Below are positions 46,463-55,110 of a stretch of 64,000 bases of DNA, in pieces. The DNA is from Arcobacter sp. LC1 (lineage in GTDB: Bacteria; Campylobacterota; Campylobacteria; Campylobacterales; Arcobacteraceae): assembly GCA_021378565.1 (NCBI GenBank), contig JAACJU010000010.1:3627-67626 (forward strand), in the 5' to 3' direction. Under the pieces are notes generated by a model, which ran no database searches, was not told where the DNA came from, and saw only the letters and a list, made by a program, of their open reading frames with translations. Both the position numbers and the translations under genes were made by a program. Position 1 is the stretch's first letter, and each line of letters starts with the position of its first letter.

Positions 46463-49400
46463 ATGCTTGAAAAGATTTTAGGTTTAGACTTAGGTATTAG
46501 CTCAATTGGTTGGGCTGTTGTTGAATATGACAAAGAATTAAGCAAAAAAGAGGATTTTTCATCTAATAAAATCATCAAAAGTGGAGTTAGGATTTTTACA
46601 GCAGCAGAAAATCCAAAAACTGGGGAATCATTAGCCTTGCCACGAAGACTTTGCAGGGGTGCTAGACGAATGACTAAAAGAAAATCTCAAAGAATCCATG
46701 CTATCAAAAAATTATGTCTTAAATATCTCGTGTTAAGTGAAAATGATTTATTCTCACAAGACAATATTTTTAAAGAAAAAAATTTAAAAGATGTATGGCT
46801 TTTAAGAGCTAAGGCTTTAAGAAGGGCTTTAGAAGCGAAAGAATTTGTGAGAGTTTTAATCCATATTGCAAAAAGAAGAGGATATAAATCAAATAGAAAA
46901 GTTGATGAAGTTGAAAACAGTGAAGATAAAGAGTATAAAAAATTAGATAAAGAAAAAGGTAAAGTCTTAAATGCTATAAGAGAAAACGAAAAACTATTAA
47001 CTTCTTATTTGACTATTGGCGAGGCAATTTATGAAAATACAAAGAAAAACAAAATTAGAAGAAATAAAAAAGATGATTATAAATATAGCATTTCAAGAGC
47101 AATGCTTGAAAATGAAGTGAAAACTATATTTAAAAAACAAAGAGAATTTTTAAATTCAAGTGCTACCAAAGAATTTGAACAAGAATATTTAGATACATTT
47201 TTAAAACAAAGAGATTTTGCCTCAGTAGATAAAATGGTAGGTTTTTGTACTTTGGAGAAAAAGCCAAACAAAAGAGCACCCAAAGCTTCATATTTAGCCC
47301 AAGAATTTGTAACTCTAACAAAGCTAATAAATACAAAAATTATAGACAAAGATGGACTAGAAAGAAGCTTTACAAAAAAAGAACTTGAACTTGCATTAAA
47401 TTTATGTAAGCAAAGTAAGAAACCTAGCTATTTAAAATTAAAAAAAGAATTACAACTTGCTGAGGAAGAATATTTTAAGGGGATTGTATTTTATGAAATA
47501 GATAAAAGCACAGGAGAATTTACTAAAAAAGCTACTACTTTTAAAAGTGCTTTTAAAGATTTTCATAAACTAAGAAAAGCCCTTACTGAAAATTGTGGCA
47601 AAGACATTTGGAATATAATCTCAAAAGATACCACTCTTTTAGATAAGCTTGGAGAAATATTTTCTTATCATAAAAGTGATACTAAAATAAAAGTAGAATT
47701 AGAAAAATTAGATTTTAAAGGACTTAAGCAAGATGAAAAATCAAATGTAATCGAAGTTTTGATAAGCAATATATCTTTTGCTAAAAACTTGCACCTTAGC
47801 TTGAAAGCCTTAGCTAAGATTGTTCCTTTGATGAAAGAGGCTAAGCGTTACGATGAAGCTATTGCTGAGCTTGGATATAAAAAAGAAACGCTAGAAAATA
47901 AAAGCAAATTCCTTAGAGGCTTAAATAAAGATGAAAATTTTGAGCTTACAAATTCTGTAGTAAAAAGAGCAATCGCTCAAAGCAGAAAAGTAATAAATGC
48001 GCTTATTAGAACTTACGGAAGTTTTGATAAGATACATATTGAGCTCACGAGAGATATAAAAAAATCCCACAAAGACAGAAATAAAATCCAAAAAGCACAA
48101 GAGGAATACCAAAAAGTAAAATCAGGTATTGCTGTAGAATTCAAGCAAGACTTTGGACGTGAACCAAATGAAAAAGAACTCTTGAAATTTAGACTTTGGA
48201 AGGAGCAAGGAGGATATTGTGCTTACAGAGGCTACCAAGGAGCCAAAGGGTACTTAGAACCCTCACTTATAATAAAAGATGAAAATTATGCACAAATCGA
48301 CCATATTTTACCATTTTCAAAAAGTCTAGATGACTCAATGCTTAACAAAGTTTTATGTTTTAGTGGAGAAAACCAAAACAAAAGAAATAATACTCCTTAT
48401 GAATATTTTATGTCTAGTGATAGTAAAAAACAAGATTGGGATAAATATGAAATATTCATTAAAAGCTTAAAGGGATTAAAGCAGGGCAAAAAAAATCGCT
48501 TATTAAAAAAGAACTTTGATGAAAATTCACAAAAAGAATTTAGAGCAAGAAATGCAAATGATACAGCATTTATGTCTAGATTTATAAAAGATTTTATTGA
48601 AGAAAATTTACTTTTAACTTCAAAAGATACGAATAAAGTTTTAAGTAGAAACGGGATGCTAACAAACTTGCTAAGACACTCTTGGCATATAGGCAAAAAA
48701 GACAGGAAAAATCACCTTCACCATGCAGCTGATGCTATTATTATAGCCTTTGCAACTCAAAGTGAAGTGCAGAGACTATCAACTGTATCTGCTAAAGTAG
48801 AAGGTTTTTCATATACTAGCGTAGAAAAAAAAGACAAGAAAACAAATTTTAATCCTCCCATGAAAGATTTTAGAGACATTGTATCTAAAAGTTTAGATGA
48901 TATTTTTGTCTCTTTTTCACCTAGAAAAAAGATAACAGGAGAAGCACATGAGCAGACAATTTTTAGCCCAAAAGATTTAAGTGCAAATAAAAAACAAGAA
49001 AAGCCATCATTACTAAGTGGTGGTTCAGTTCTTAGGAATATAAAGTTAAACCATAATACAAAATTAGCAAAACAAAGCCTTATGCCTAGAATTGATATTT
49101 TTAGACATAAGACTAAAATGAAGTATTATGTAGTGCCGATTTATACTTATAATTTTGTTGAAAATTCTTTACCAAACAAAGCAATAGTTTCAGGAAAAAA
49201 CAAAGATGGCACGCCTAAACCTTGGCTTGAAATGGATGAAGAATATGAATTTATCTTTTCAGTTTTTAAAAATGAACTACTTGAAGTAAAAACAAAAAAA
49301 GAATTAATAAGAGGATATTTTGTATTAGCTGATAGTGCAACATCTAGCATTAAGCTTAAGAGCCATGATAATAAAGAACACGATATTTTTAAAAGAGACA

Positions 49401-49579
49401 GTTCAAAACTTTGTATTAAATCTATTGGTCTTCAAAATGCGAATCATATAAAAAAATTCCAAGTAGATGCCTTGGGTAATATAAGCGAAATAAAAGAAGA
49501 AAAAAGAGTAGGGACAAGAAAAGAATTAAAAAAAGAAAGAATTAAAAAAGAAGATAGAAAAAAAGTTAAAAGAGCTTAA
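46463..49579 (+). CDS. cas9: Cas9, compact type II-C
   Basis: RuvC-I LGLDLGISSIGWAVVE. Arg-rich bridge helix LPRRLCRGARRMTKRK. HNH QIDHILPFSKSLDDSMLNKVLCFSGENQNKRNNTPYEYF. RuvC-III HHAADAIIIAF. 1038 aa. Confidence 0.95.
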   Translation: MLEKILGLDLGISSIGWAVVEYDKELSKKEDFSSNKIIKSGVRIFTAAENPKTGESLALPRRLCRGARRMTKRKSQRIHAIKKLCLKYLVLSENDLFSQDNIFKEKNLKDVWLLRAKALRRALEAKEFVRVLIHIAKRRGYKSNRKVDEVENSEDKEYKKLDKEKGKVLNAIRENEKLLTSYLTIGEAIYENTKKNKIRRNKKDDYKYSISRAMLENEVKTIFKKQREFLNSSATKEFEQEYLDTFLKQRDFASVDKMVGFCTLEKKPNKRAPKASYLAQEFVTLTKLINTKIIDKDGLERSFTKKELELALNLCKQSKKPSYLKLKKELQLAEEEYFKGIVFYEIDKSTGEFTKKATTFKSAFKDFHKLRKALTENCGKDIWNIISKDTTLLDKLGEIFSYHKSDTKIKVELEKLDFKGLKQDEKSNVIEVLISNISFAKNLHLSLKALAKIVPLMKEAKRYDEAIAELGYKKETLENKSKFLRGLNKDENFELTNSVVKRAIAQSRKVINALIRTYGSFDKIHIELTRDIKKSHKDRNKIQKAQEEYQKVKSGIAVEFKQDFGREPNEKELLKFRLWKEQGGYCAYRGYQGAKGYLEPSLIIKDENYAQIDHILPFSKSLDDSMLNKVLCFSGENQNKRNNTPYEYFMSSDSKKQDWDKYEIFIKSLKGLKQGKKNRLLKKNFDENSQKEFRARNANDTAFMSRFIKDFIEENLLLTSKDTNKVLSRNGMLTNLLRHSWHIGKKDRKNHLHHAADAIIIAFATQSEVQRLSTVSAKVEGFSYTSVEKKDKKTNFNPPMKDFRDIVSKSLDDIFVSFSPRKKITGEAHEQTIFSPKDLSANKKQEKPSLLSGGSVLRNIKLNHNTKLAKQSLMPRIDIFRHKTKMKYYVVPIYTYNFVENSLPNKAIVSGKNKDGTPKPWLEMDEEYEFIFSVFKNELLEVKTKKELIRGYFVLADSATSSIKLKSHDNKEHDIFKRDSSKLCIKSIGLQNANHIKKFQVDALGNISEIKEEKRVGTRKELKKERIKKEDRKKVKRA

Positions 49580-49600
49580 ACTATTATTTGAGGAGTTTAT

Positions 49601-50506
49601 ATGGCTTGGAGAAGTATAATCATATCAAAGCCTTCTAAGACATCTTTAAAAAATCATAATTTTTTATATTCTCCAAAAGATGCCAAAGAAATTTTTGTGC
49701 CTATTATAGATATCTCTGTTATTATCTTAGAAACTCATCAAGTGACAATCACAAGTGCTTTGCTCTCAGTTTTAGCTGAATATAATATTTTATTATTTAC
49801 TTGTGATAAAAAGCATATTCCAAATGGAATTTTCACTCCCTTTCATCAACATAGCAGATTTTATTTAACAGTACATTTGCAAACAAAATGGAGCGAAGCA
49901 TTCAAAAAAAGAATCTGGCAACAAATCATAGTCCAAAAGATTACAAATCAAGCTAGAGTTTTAGGTAAAATCTCTAAAAAAAAGGAAGAAAAAGAACTAT
50001 TAATTCTAGCAAAAAATGTCAAGTCAGGTGACAGCGAGAATATAGAGGCTTACGCAGCAAAAATATATTTTTCTTACCTTTTTAAGGATTTTATTAGAAA
50101 AGATATAAGTGATTGGAGAAATTGCGCATTAAATTATGGATATAGTATAATCAGAGGTGTAATAGCTAGAGACTTAAGTGCTAGTGGGCTTATCCCTGCT
50201 CTTGGACTATTTCATAAAAACCAATTAAATGCCTATAATCTAGCTGATGATATAATAGAGCCTTTTAGAGCTTTTGTTGATTTTGTAGTTTATAAAATAC
50301 AAGAAAAAGAAAAAATTCCTAAAATCTCTGAGCTTACTTCTGTGCATAAAATATCTTTAGTCAAGATTTTACAAAATGTAGTAACAGTAAATAGTGATAA
50401 AATAAGTATTTTATATGCATCTTCTGTTTGTGTGAATTCTTTAATTTCTTGTACTAAAAATAATGATTTTTCAAATATTTTATTACCAAAGTTTAATAAT
50501 GCTTGA
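49601..50506 (+). CDS. cas1: Cas1 integrase
   Basis: 301 aa downstream of cas9. NYGYSIIRGVIARDLSASGLIPALGLFHKNQLNAYNLADDIIEPFR is the conserved Cas1 catalytic region. Confidence 0.92.
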   Translation: MAWRSIIISKPSKTSLKNHNFLYSPKDAKEIFVPIIDISVIILETHQVTITSALLSVLAEYNILLFTCDKKHIPNGIFTPFHQHSRFYLTVHLQTKWSEAFKKRIWQQIIVQKITNQARVLGKISKKKEEKELLILAKNVKSGDSENIEAYAAKIYFSYLFKDFIRKDISDWRNCALNYGYSIIRGVIARDLSASGLIPALGLFHKNQLNAYNLADDIIEPFRAFVDFVVYKIQEKEKIPKISELTSVHKISLVKILQNVVTVNSDKISILYASSVCVNSLISCTKNNDFSNILLPKFNNA

Positions 50507-50522
50507 GGTAGATAGGAGATTT

Positions 50523-50831
50523 ATGCGTTTATTCGTATTTTTTGATTTACCGACAGGCACTAAAAAACAAAGAAGAAGTGCTAGTAAATTTAGAGCCACT
50601 TTGATAAAAGAAGCTTTTTCTATGCTTCAATTTTCTATTTACGTAAGAGTTTGTAAAGGGCAAGAAATTGTAAATAAGTATATTGAAAAAGTTGAAAATA
50701 CCTTGCCTGAAGAAGGAAATATTAGAATTTTGCAAATAACTGACAAGCAATATTCTAGAATGAAAATCTTACTTGGAGAAAAAAGCGAGGAAGAAAAATG
50801 CGTAGGAATGAAACAACTTTTATTATTTTAG
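50523..50831 (+). CDS. cas2: Cas2
   Basis: MRLFVFFDLPTGTKKQRRSASKFRATLIKEAFSMLQFSIYVRV is Cas2 beta1-alpha1-beta2. Start chosen at ATG 50523 (GGAG upstream). The track ORF begins at 50463, inside cas1. Confidence 0.85.
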   Translation: MRLFVFFDLPTGTKKQRRSASKFRATLIKEAFSMLQFSIYVRVCKGQEIVNKYIEKVENTLPEEGNIRILQITDKQYSRMKILLGEKSEEEKCVGMKQLLLF

Positions 50832-51014
50832 AAAATATTTTTGTATTTTCTAATTTTTACTTAAAAAAGAGCTAAAAAATAATAGATAATTCACTAGAAA
50901 ATATAAATTCTTTTAAAAAAATGCCTATTTAAAAAAATATTTATAAGCAATTTGCTTTTATTTTTTTAAAGAAAAAGCCCCAAAGCCCACCAGTTAGCGG
51001 ACTCAAGCTTAAAT

Positions 51015-51569
51015 AGTATAGCATACTTGTGTGGGAACAGGTGCTATAACTTCTTTTATTTCATTAATTCGTAGAGTTGTAGTATAGCATACTTGTGTGG
51101 GAACAGGTGCTATAACTCTCTTCTTCTTTAAAACTCTTCTTAATCTAGTATAGCATACTTGTGTGGGAACAGGTGCTATAACCTCATCAACTGTGCCTAT
51201 GAATTTGCTCAAAGTATAGCATACTTGTGTGGGAACAGGTGCCATAACAGTAGCTTTGTATTGTTCGCTAAGCTATTAAGTATAGCATACTTGTGTGGGA
51301 ACAGGTGCTATAACTCTTTGAGTTATTATTATATATATATCGTTAGTATAGCATACTTGTGTGGGAACAGGTGCTATAACGTAGACTTCATCATACATTA
51401 ATTGTATATTAGTATAGCATACTTGTGTGGGAACAGGTGCTATAACGTATGTTTCTTAGTTCATTTTGGGGATTTTAGTATAGCATACTTGTGTGGGAAC
51501 AGGTGCTATAACTATTTAAAGATAGCCCCATTCAATAAGTAAAACATGCTTGTTGAATGGGGCTATAAT
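51015..51569 (-). CRISPR. CRISPR array: 8 x 36-nt repeats, seven 30-nt spacers, one 25-nt spacer and a degenerate 32-nt terminal repeat
   Basis: Repeats start at 51015, 51081, 51147, 51213, 51279, 51345, 51411 and 51477 (plus strand AGTATAGCATACTTGTGTGGGAACAGGTGCTATAAC; crRNA sense on the minus strand GTTATAGCACCTGTTCCCACACAAGTATGCTATACT). Repeat 4 has one substitution (GCCATAAC). A degenerate copy AGTAAAACATGCTTGTTGAATGGGGCTATAAT lies at 51538-51569. Confidence 0.97.
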
Positions 51570-51648
51570 AATATACTTACTATAAAAATAAATCATATAA
51601 AATTTTATAATTTATTGCTATTTTAGTAAAAATATATTATCATAATCA

Positions 51649-52329
51649 ATGCAAAACATAGATATTTATTCAGTAATTCTTATAGCTTTTTTAGGCTCTT
51701 TTGGACATTGTCTTGGAATGTGTGGAGGTATTGTTTTAGCTTATTCAAGCTCTAAAATACAAGCAAAACATTCAAAGTTTAGACAGATTATTTCTCATCT
51801 TTTGTATTCTTTTGGAAGAATTACAAGCTATACAATCTTAGGGTTCGTTTTTGGACTTCTTGGGCTTGGCATAACTTTTAACAATAAAGCAAATGCAATA
51901 CTTTTAATATTTTTAGCCTTCATCATGCTTCTTATGGGCTTTTCACTTCTTGGAAAATCAACATTTTTATTAAGCATTGAAAAAAATATTCTAGCTCAAA
52001 GTTGGTACAAAAAAACTTTTAGCCTATTTTTAAAAAGTGATAAAATTTTGAGTTTTTATGGACTCGGTATTTTAAATGGCTTCTTGCCTTGTGGCTTGGT
52101 TTACTTTTTTGCTATAAGTGCAGCAGCTAGTGGAAGTGCTTTTAGAGGTGCTTTACTTATGTTTGTTTTTGGACTTAGCACAATCCCAGCTTTGTTTTCA
52201 CTCGGCTTTTTTTTAGGACTTTTTAAAAACTCTAGTTTAAGACTAATTTTTATGAAAAGTTCTGCAATTTTAGTGCTTATGTATTCTTTGTATACTTTTT
52301 ATAGGGCTTTTAAATATTATTTAGCCTAA
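51649..52329 (+). CDS. DsbD_2/TauE-like membrane protein with an HCxxMCGG motif
   Basis: GSFGHCLGMCGGIVLAY in TM1. About 6 TM segments. LNGFLPCGLVYFF in the second half. Confidence 0.6.
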   Translation: MQNIDIYSVILIAFLGSFGHCLGMCGGIVLAYSSSKIQAKHSKFRQIISHLLYSFGRITSYTILGFVFGLLGLGITFNNKANAILLIFLAFIMLLMGFSLLGKSTFLLSIEKNILAQSWYKKTFSLFLKSDKILSFYGLGILNGFLPCGLVYFFAISAAASGSAFRGALLMFVFGLSTIPALFSLGFFLGLFKNSSLRLIFMKSSAILVLMYSLYTFYRAFKYYLA

Positions 52330-52521
52330 AAAGTGTTAGTTATTTTATGTCTAAAATTACGCTTAGAAATTTAATTTTAATGAAAAATCTTATATAAAAT
52401 TCATAGAACGCTAAAACTAATATTATATTAAAGATTAAAATGGCTCAAAGCTTCTTTTTACTTTTTTAATAAGCAAAGTTTTGCTAAAATCACAAATAAA
52501 AACTTTATAAAATGGATAAAC

Positions 52522-52719
52522 TTGAAAGAAATATTTGATTATATTATTATCGCTCTTTTTGTTATTTTGTTATTTATCTTTGTTAGAGGCTTTGTTAAAA
52601 CGCAAGTTGATAAGCATAATAAAAAATTAAAAGATGCTGATACAAATTCGCAGCTTAAAACTAGAGATAGAAAAGACAAAATTTCTAAGGATAAAAATGC
52701 TAAAAACCTTACTGATTGA
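52522..52719 (+). CDS. small single-pass membrane protein (hypothetical)
   Basis: TTG start. IIIALFVILLFIFVRGF helix followed by a Lys/Asp-rich tail. Overlaps the glyS start by 23 nt. Confidence 0.35.
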   Translation: MKEIFDYIIIALFVILLFIFVRGFVKTQVDKHNKKLKDADTNSQLKTRDRKDKISKDKNAKNLTD

Positions 52720-54769
52720 GTTTAATTTCGAAGAATTGCCTGCCTTACCTTTTTTAAAAGTTCTGCCAAGTATTGAAAAAAAATGGCAAAGTATTTTAGA
52801 AAAATATTCTTTGCAAAGTGCATTTGAATTTTTTTATACTCCAAGACGACTTGTTTTTTGGCATGAAGAATTTCTTTTAGCTCAAGCTGATAAATCTCAA
52901 GAATTTTTTGGTCCACCCTTGTCCATATCTTATGAAAATGGCGACAAAAGCAAACCTACAAAAGCAGCCCTAGGATTTGCTAAAAAATGCGGTGCAAACG
53001 TCACTGATTTAGAGTCAAAAACTGCGCAAAATGGGGATGTTTTATATCTTAAAAAAGATATAAAGGGAAGCTCTAGTGCCTCACTTTTAAATGCCATGAT
53101 AAAAGAATTTATATTAAGCCTAAATTTTTCTAAAACCATGAGATGGGGTGAGGGTGAATATGAATTCATTCGTCCTCTTAGAAATTTACTTGTTTTATTA
53201 GATGATAAGCTTGTGCCTTGTGAACTTTTTGGAGTTAAAAGCCAAAGTAAAATTTTTGTCCATAGAATGGCTAGTTTTGAGCCAAAATCTTTAAATAATT
53301 CTAAAGAATATTTTAAAACCTTAGAAGAAAATGGCGTAATTTTATTTCAAGATAAAAGAAGAGATTTGATTTTAGAAGGTATTAAAGATATTGAAAAAGA
53401 GCATAAAATCAAAGTTGAGATTGACGAAGCTTTGCTTGCTGAACTTGTGGCAATAACTGAATATCCAAAGCCTTTGCTAGGCACTTTTTCAAAAGATTTT
53501 TTAAGATTGCCCAAAGAAGTAATTATTTCATCTATGAAAGAACATCAAAGATATTTTGCAGTTTATGAAAATACTGACTTAAATTCTAAGGCAATAAGAA
53601 ATGCGGATAATAAGCTAGTAAATAAATTTATTGTTGTATCAAATGCCTTTACCAAAGATTATACTTTGGTTGTAAAAGGAAATGAAAAAGTTCTTTGCCC
53701 AAGACTTGCTGACGCTATGTTTTTTTATGAAAATGACCTTAAAAAAGGACTAGACAACAAAGGATTAAAAGATATAGTTTTTGTAGATAAATTGGGCACT
53801 TTGTACGATAAAATGCTAAGAGAAGTTGAGATTGCAAAAGCCTTAGCAAATGCTTTGGATTTTAAAGAAAAAGAGCTTTTACTCTCTTGTGTTAAGCTAA
53901 GCAAGGCTGATTTACTTAGTGAGATGGTATGTGAATTTACGGAACTTCAAGGACTTATGGGATATTACTATGCAAAAGTTGCCAATAAAGATGAAAAACT
54001 TTGCCTAGGATTAAAAGAACAATATTATCCTTTAGGAGAAAATGCAGAACTTCCTTCTAGTGTTTTTTCTTCGCTTGTCGCAATTAGTTCTAAGCTTGAT
54101 AGTATCTTAAGCCTTTTTAGCATAAATAAAATCCCAAGTGGCTCAAAAGATCCTTTTGCACTAAGAAGAGCAGCAAGCTCAATCATAAAAATATCCATAA
54201 AATATAAACTAGATATTGATTTTTTAGTTTTGCTTGAATCTTTACTGCCTTTTTATAATGGACTCGATATAAAACTTGTAAAGGATTTCTTTTTTGAACG
54301 CTTATATAAAATATTTAAGGTTAATCCATCTATCATAAAAGCAGTAATAGCCAGCAAAGAGGGCAATTTTTATAAAATATCTTTGAAAATCACCGCACTT
54401 GATAGTATAGTTAAGTCAAAAGATTTAAAAGAATTTAGCATTACTTTTAAAAGAATAGCAAATATAATTTCTTCTGTTGATGTAGCTGAAGATGCAGAAA
54501 AAGACTTAAAAATAAAAGAAGAATTGTTATCTCAAAATGAGGAAAAAACTTTATATAAAATGTATCAAGAATATGCCAAGAAAGAATACGTAACTTATGA
54601 AGAAGAGCTAGATACTTTATTTTCTTTAAAGCCATTTTTAGATGATTTTTTTGCTAAAGTTTTTGTAAATTGCGATGATGAAAAGATTAAAGAAAATAGA
54701 AAAAATCTAATAATACTTATTTATAAATCTTTTAAAAATATTGCCGATATTAAAGAGCTGAGCATTTAG
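52697..54769 (+). CDS. glyS: glycine--tRNA ligase beta subunit
   Basis: MLKTLLIEFNFEELPA..., FYTPRRL, MRWGEGEYEFIRPLRNL, KEHQRYFAV, ELQGLMGYYYA. Start at ATG 52697 (AAGGA RBS) rather than the track start 52634. Confidence 0.93.
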   Translation: MLKTLLIEFNFEELPALPFLKVLPSIEKKWQSILEKYSLQSAFEFFYTPRRLVFWHEEFLLAQADKSQEFFGPPLSISYENGDKSKPTKAALGFAKKCGANVTDLESKTAQNGDVLYLKKDIKGSSSASLLNAMIKEFILSLNFSKTMRWGEGEYEFIRPLRNLLVLLDDKLVPCELFGVKSQSKIFVHRMASFEPKSLNNSKEYFKTLEENGVILFQDKRRDLILEGIKDIEKEHKIKVEIDEALLAELVAITEYPKPLLGTFSKDFLRLPKEVIISSMKEHQRYFAVYENTDLNSKAIRNADNKLVNKFIVVSNAFTKDYTLVVKGNEKVLCPRLADAMFFYENDLKKGLDNKGLKDIVFVDKLGTLYDKMLREVEIAKALANALDFKEKELLLSCVKLSKADLLSEMVCEFTELQGLMGYYYAKVANKDEKLCLGLKEQYYPLGENAELPSSVFSSLVAISSKLDSILSLFSINKIPSGSKDPFALRRAASSIIKISIKYKLDIDFLVLLESLLPFYNGLDIKLVKDFFFERLYKIFKVNPSIIKAVIASKEGNFYKISLKITALDSIVKSKDLKEFSITFKRIANIISSVDVAEDAEKDLKIKEELLSQNEEKTLYKMYQEYAKKEYVTYEEELDTLFSLKPFLDDFFAKVFVNCDDEKIKENRKNLIILIYKSFKNIADIKELSI

Positions 54770-54774
54770 TTTTT

Positions 54775-55107
54775 TTGATGGATAATTTTTCTATAAACTT
54801 AACCAAACTTTATGATTTAAAAGAGCTAAATCAAAAGCAACTTTATTTATTTAAAGCTAAAGGCTTTGATGTTATTTTGGTTGATACACTTTTAAAGCCA
54901 ATTTCAACGCTTGATTTTAAAGTACTAAAATATGATCCTTTTGTTTTAGAAAAACTATCTAAAGAAAATTCCATTTTAGTATTTTATTGTGATAGTGGTA
55001 AAACTTCTCTAGCAAGACTTGATTTTTTTAAAGCTAGACTTAAGGGCTTTAGATGCTATTCTTTGAAAAATGGTAGGGCGTATTGGCGTCAAAATTTCCA
55101 AGCCTAA
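54775..55107 (+). CDS. rhodanese-like domain protein
   Basis: ILVFYCDSGKTSLARL fits the rhodanese active-site loop CxxGxxS. Confidence 0.55.
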   Translation: MMDNFSINLTKLYDLKELNQKQLYLFKAKGFDVILVDTLLKPISTLDFKVLKYDPFVLEKLSKENSILVFYCDSGKTSLARLDFFKARLKGFRCYSLKNGRAYWRQNFQA

Positions 55108-55110
55108 AAT

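Noticed and set aside
46463-50831. Looked for csn2 or cas4, or additional cas or defence genes around the locus
   Set aside because: Only cas9, cas1 and cas2 are present (type II-C). The flanking genes are housekeeping-type (PP-loop ATPase, DsbD_2-like).
50832-51014. Searched for a tracrRNA anti-repeat between cas2 and the array (the C. jejuni-like position)
   Set aside because: No stretch resembling GTTCCCACAC or GTGTGGGAAC occurs there. The only anti-repeat is at 46389-46428.
51009-51401. Two ORF-track entries (51009-51245 minus strand, 51159-51401 plus strand) with internally repetitive peptides (…APVPTQVCYT… / …IAYLCGNRCYN…)
   Set aside because: They are translations of the CRISPR repeats. 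The periodic peptide repeat equals the 66-nt repeat-spacer unit.
52634-52696. Extended glyS N-terminus (MLIQIRSLKLEIEKTKFLRIK…)
   Set aside because: GlyS orthologs begin at MLK.LLIE.. and ATG 52697 has an AAGGA RBS. The extension overlaps the small upstream ORF.
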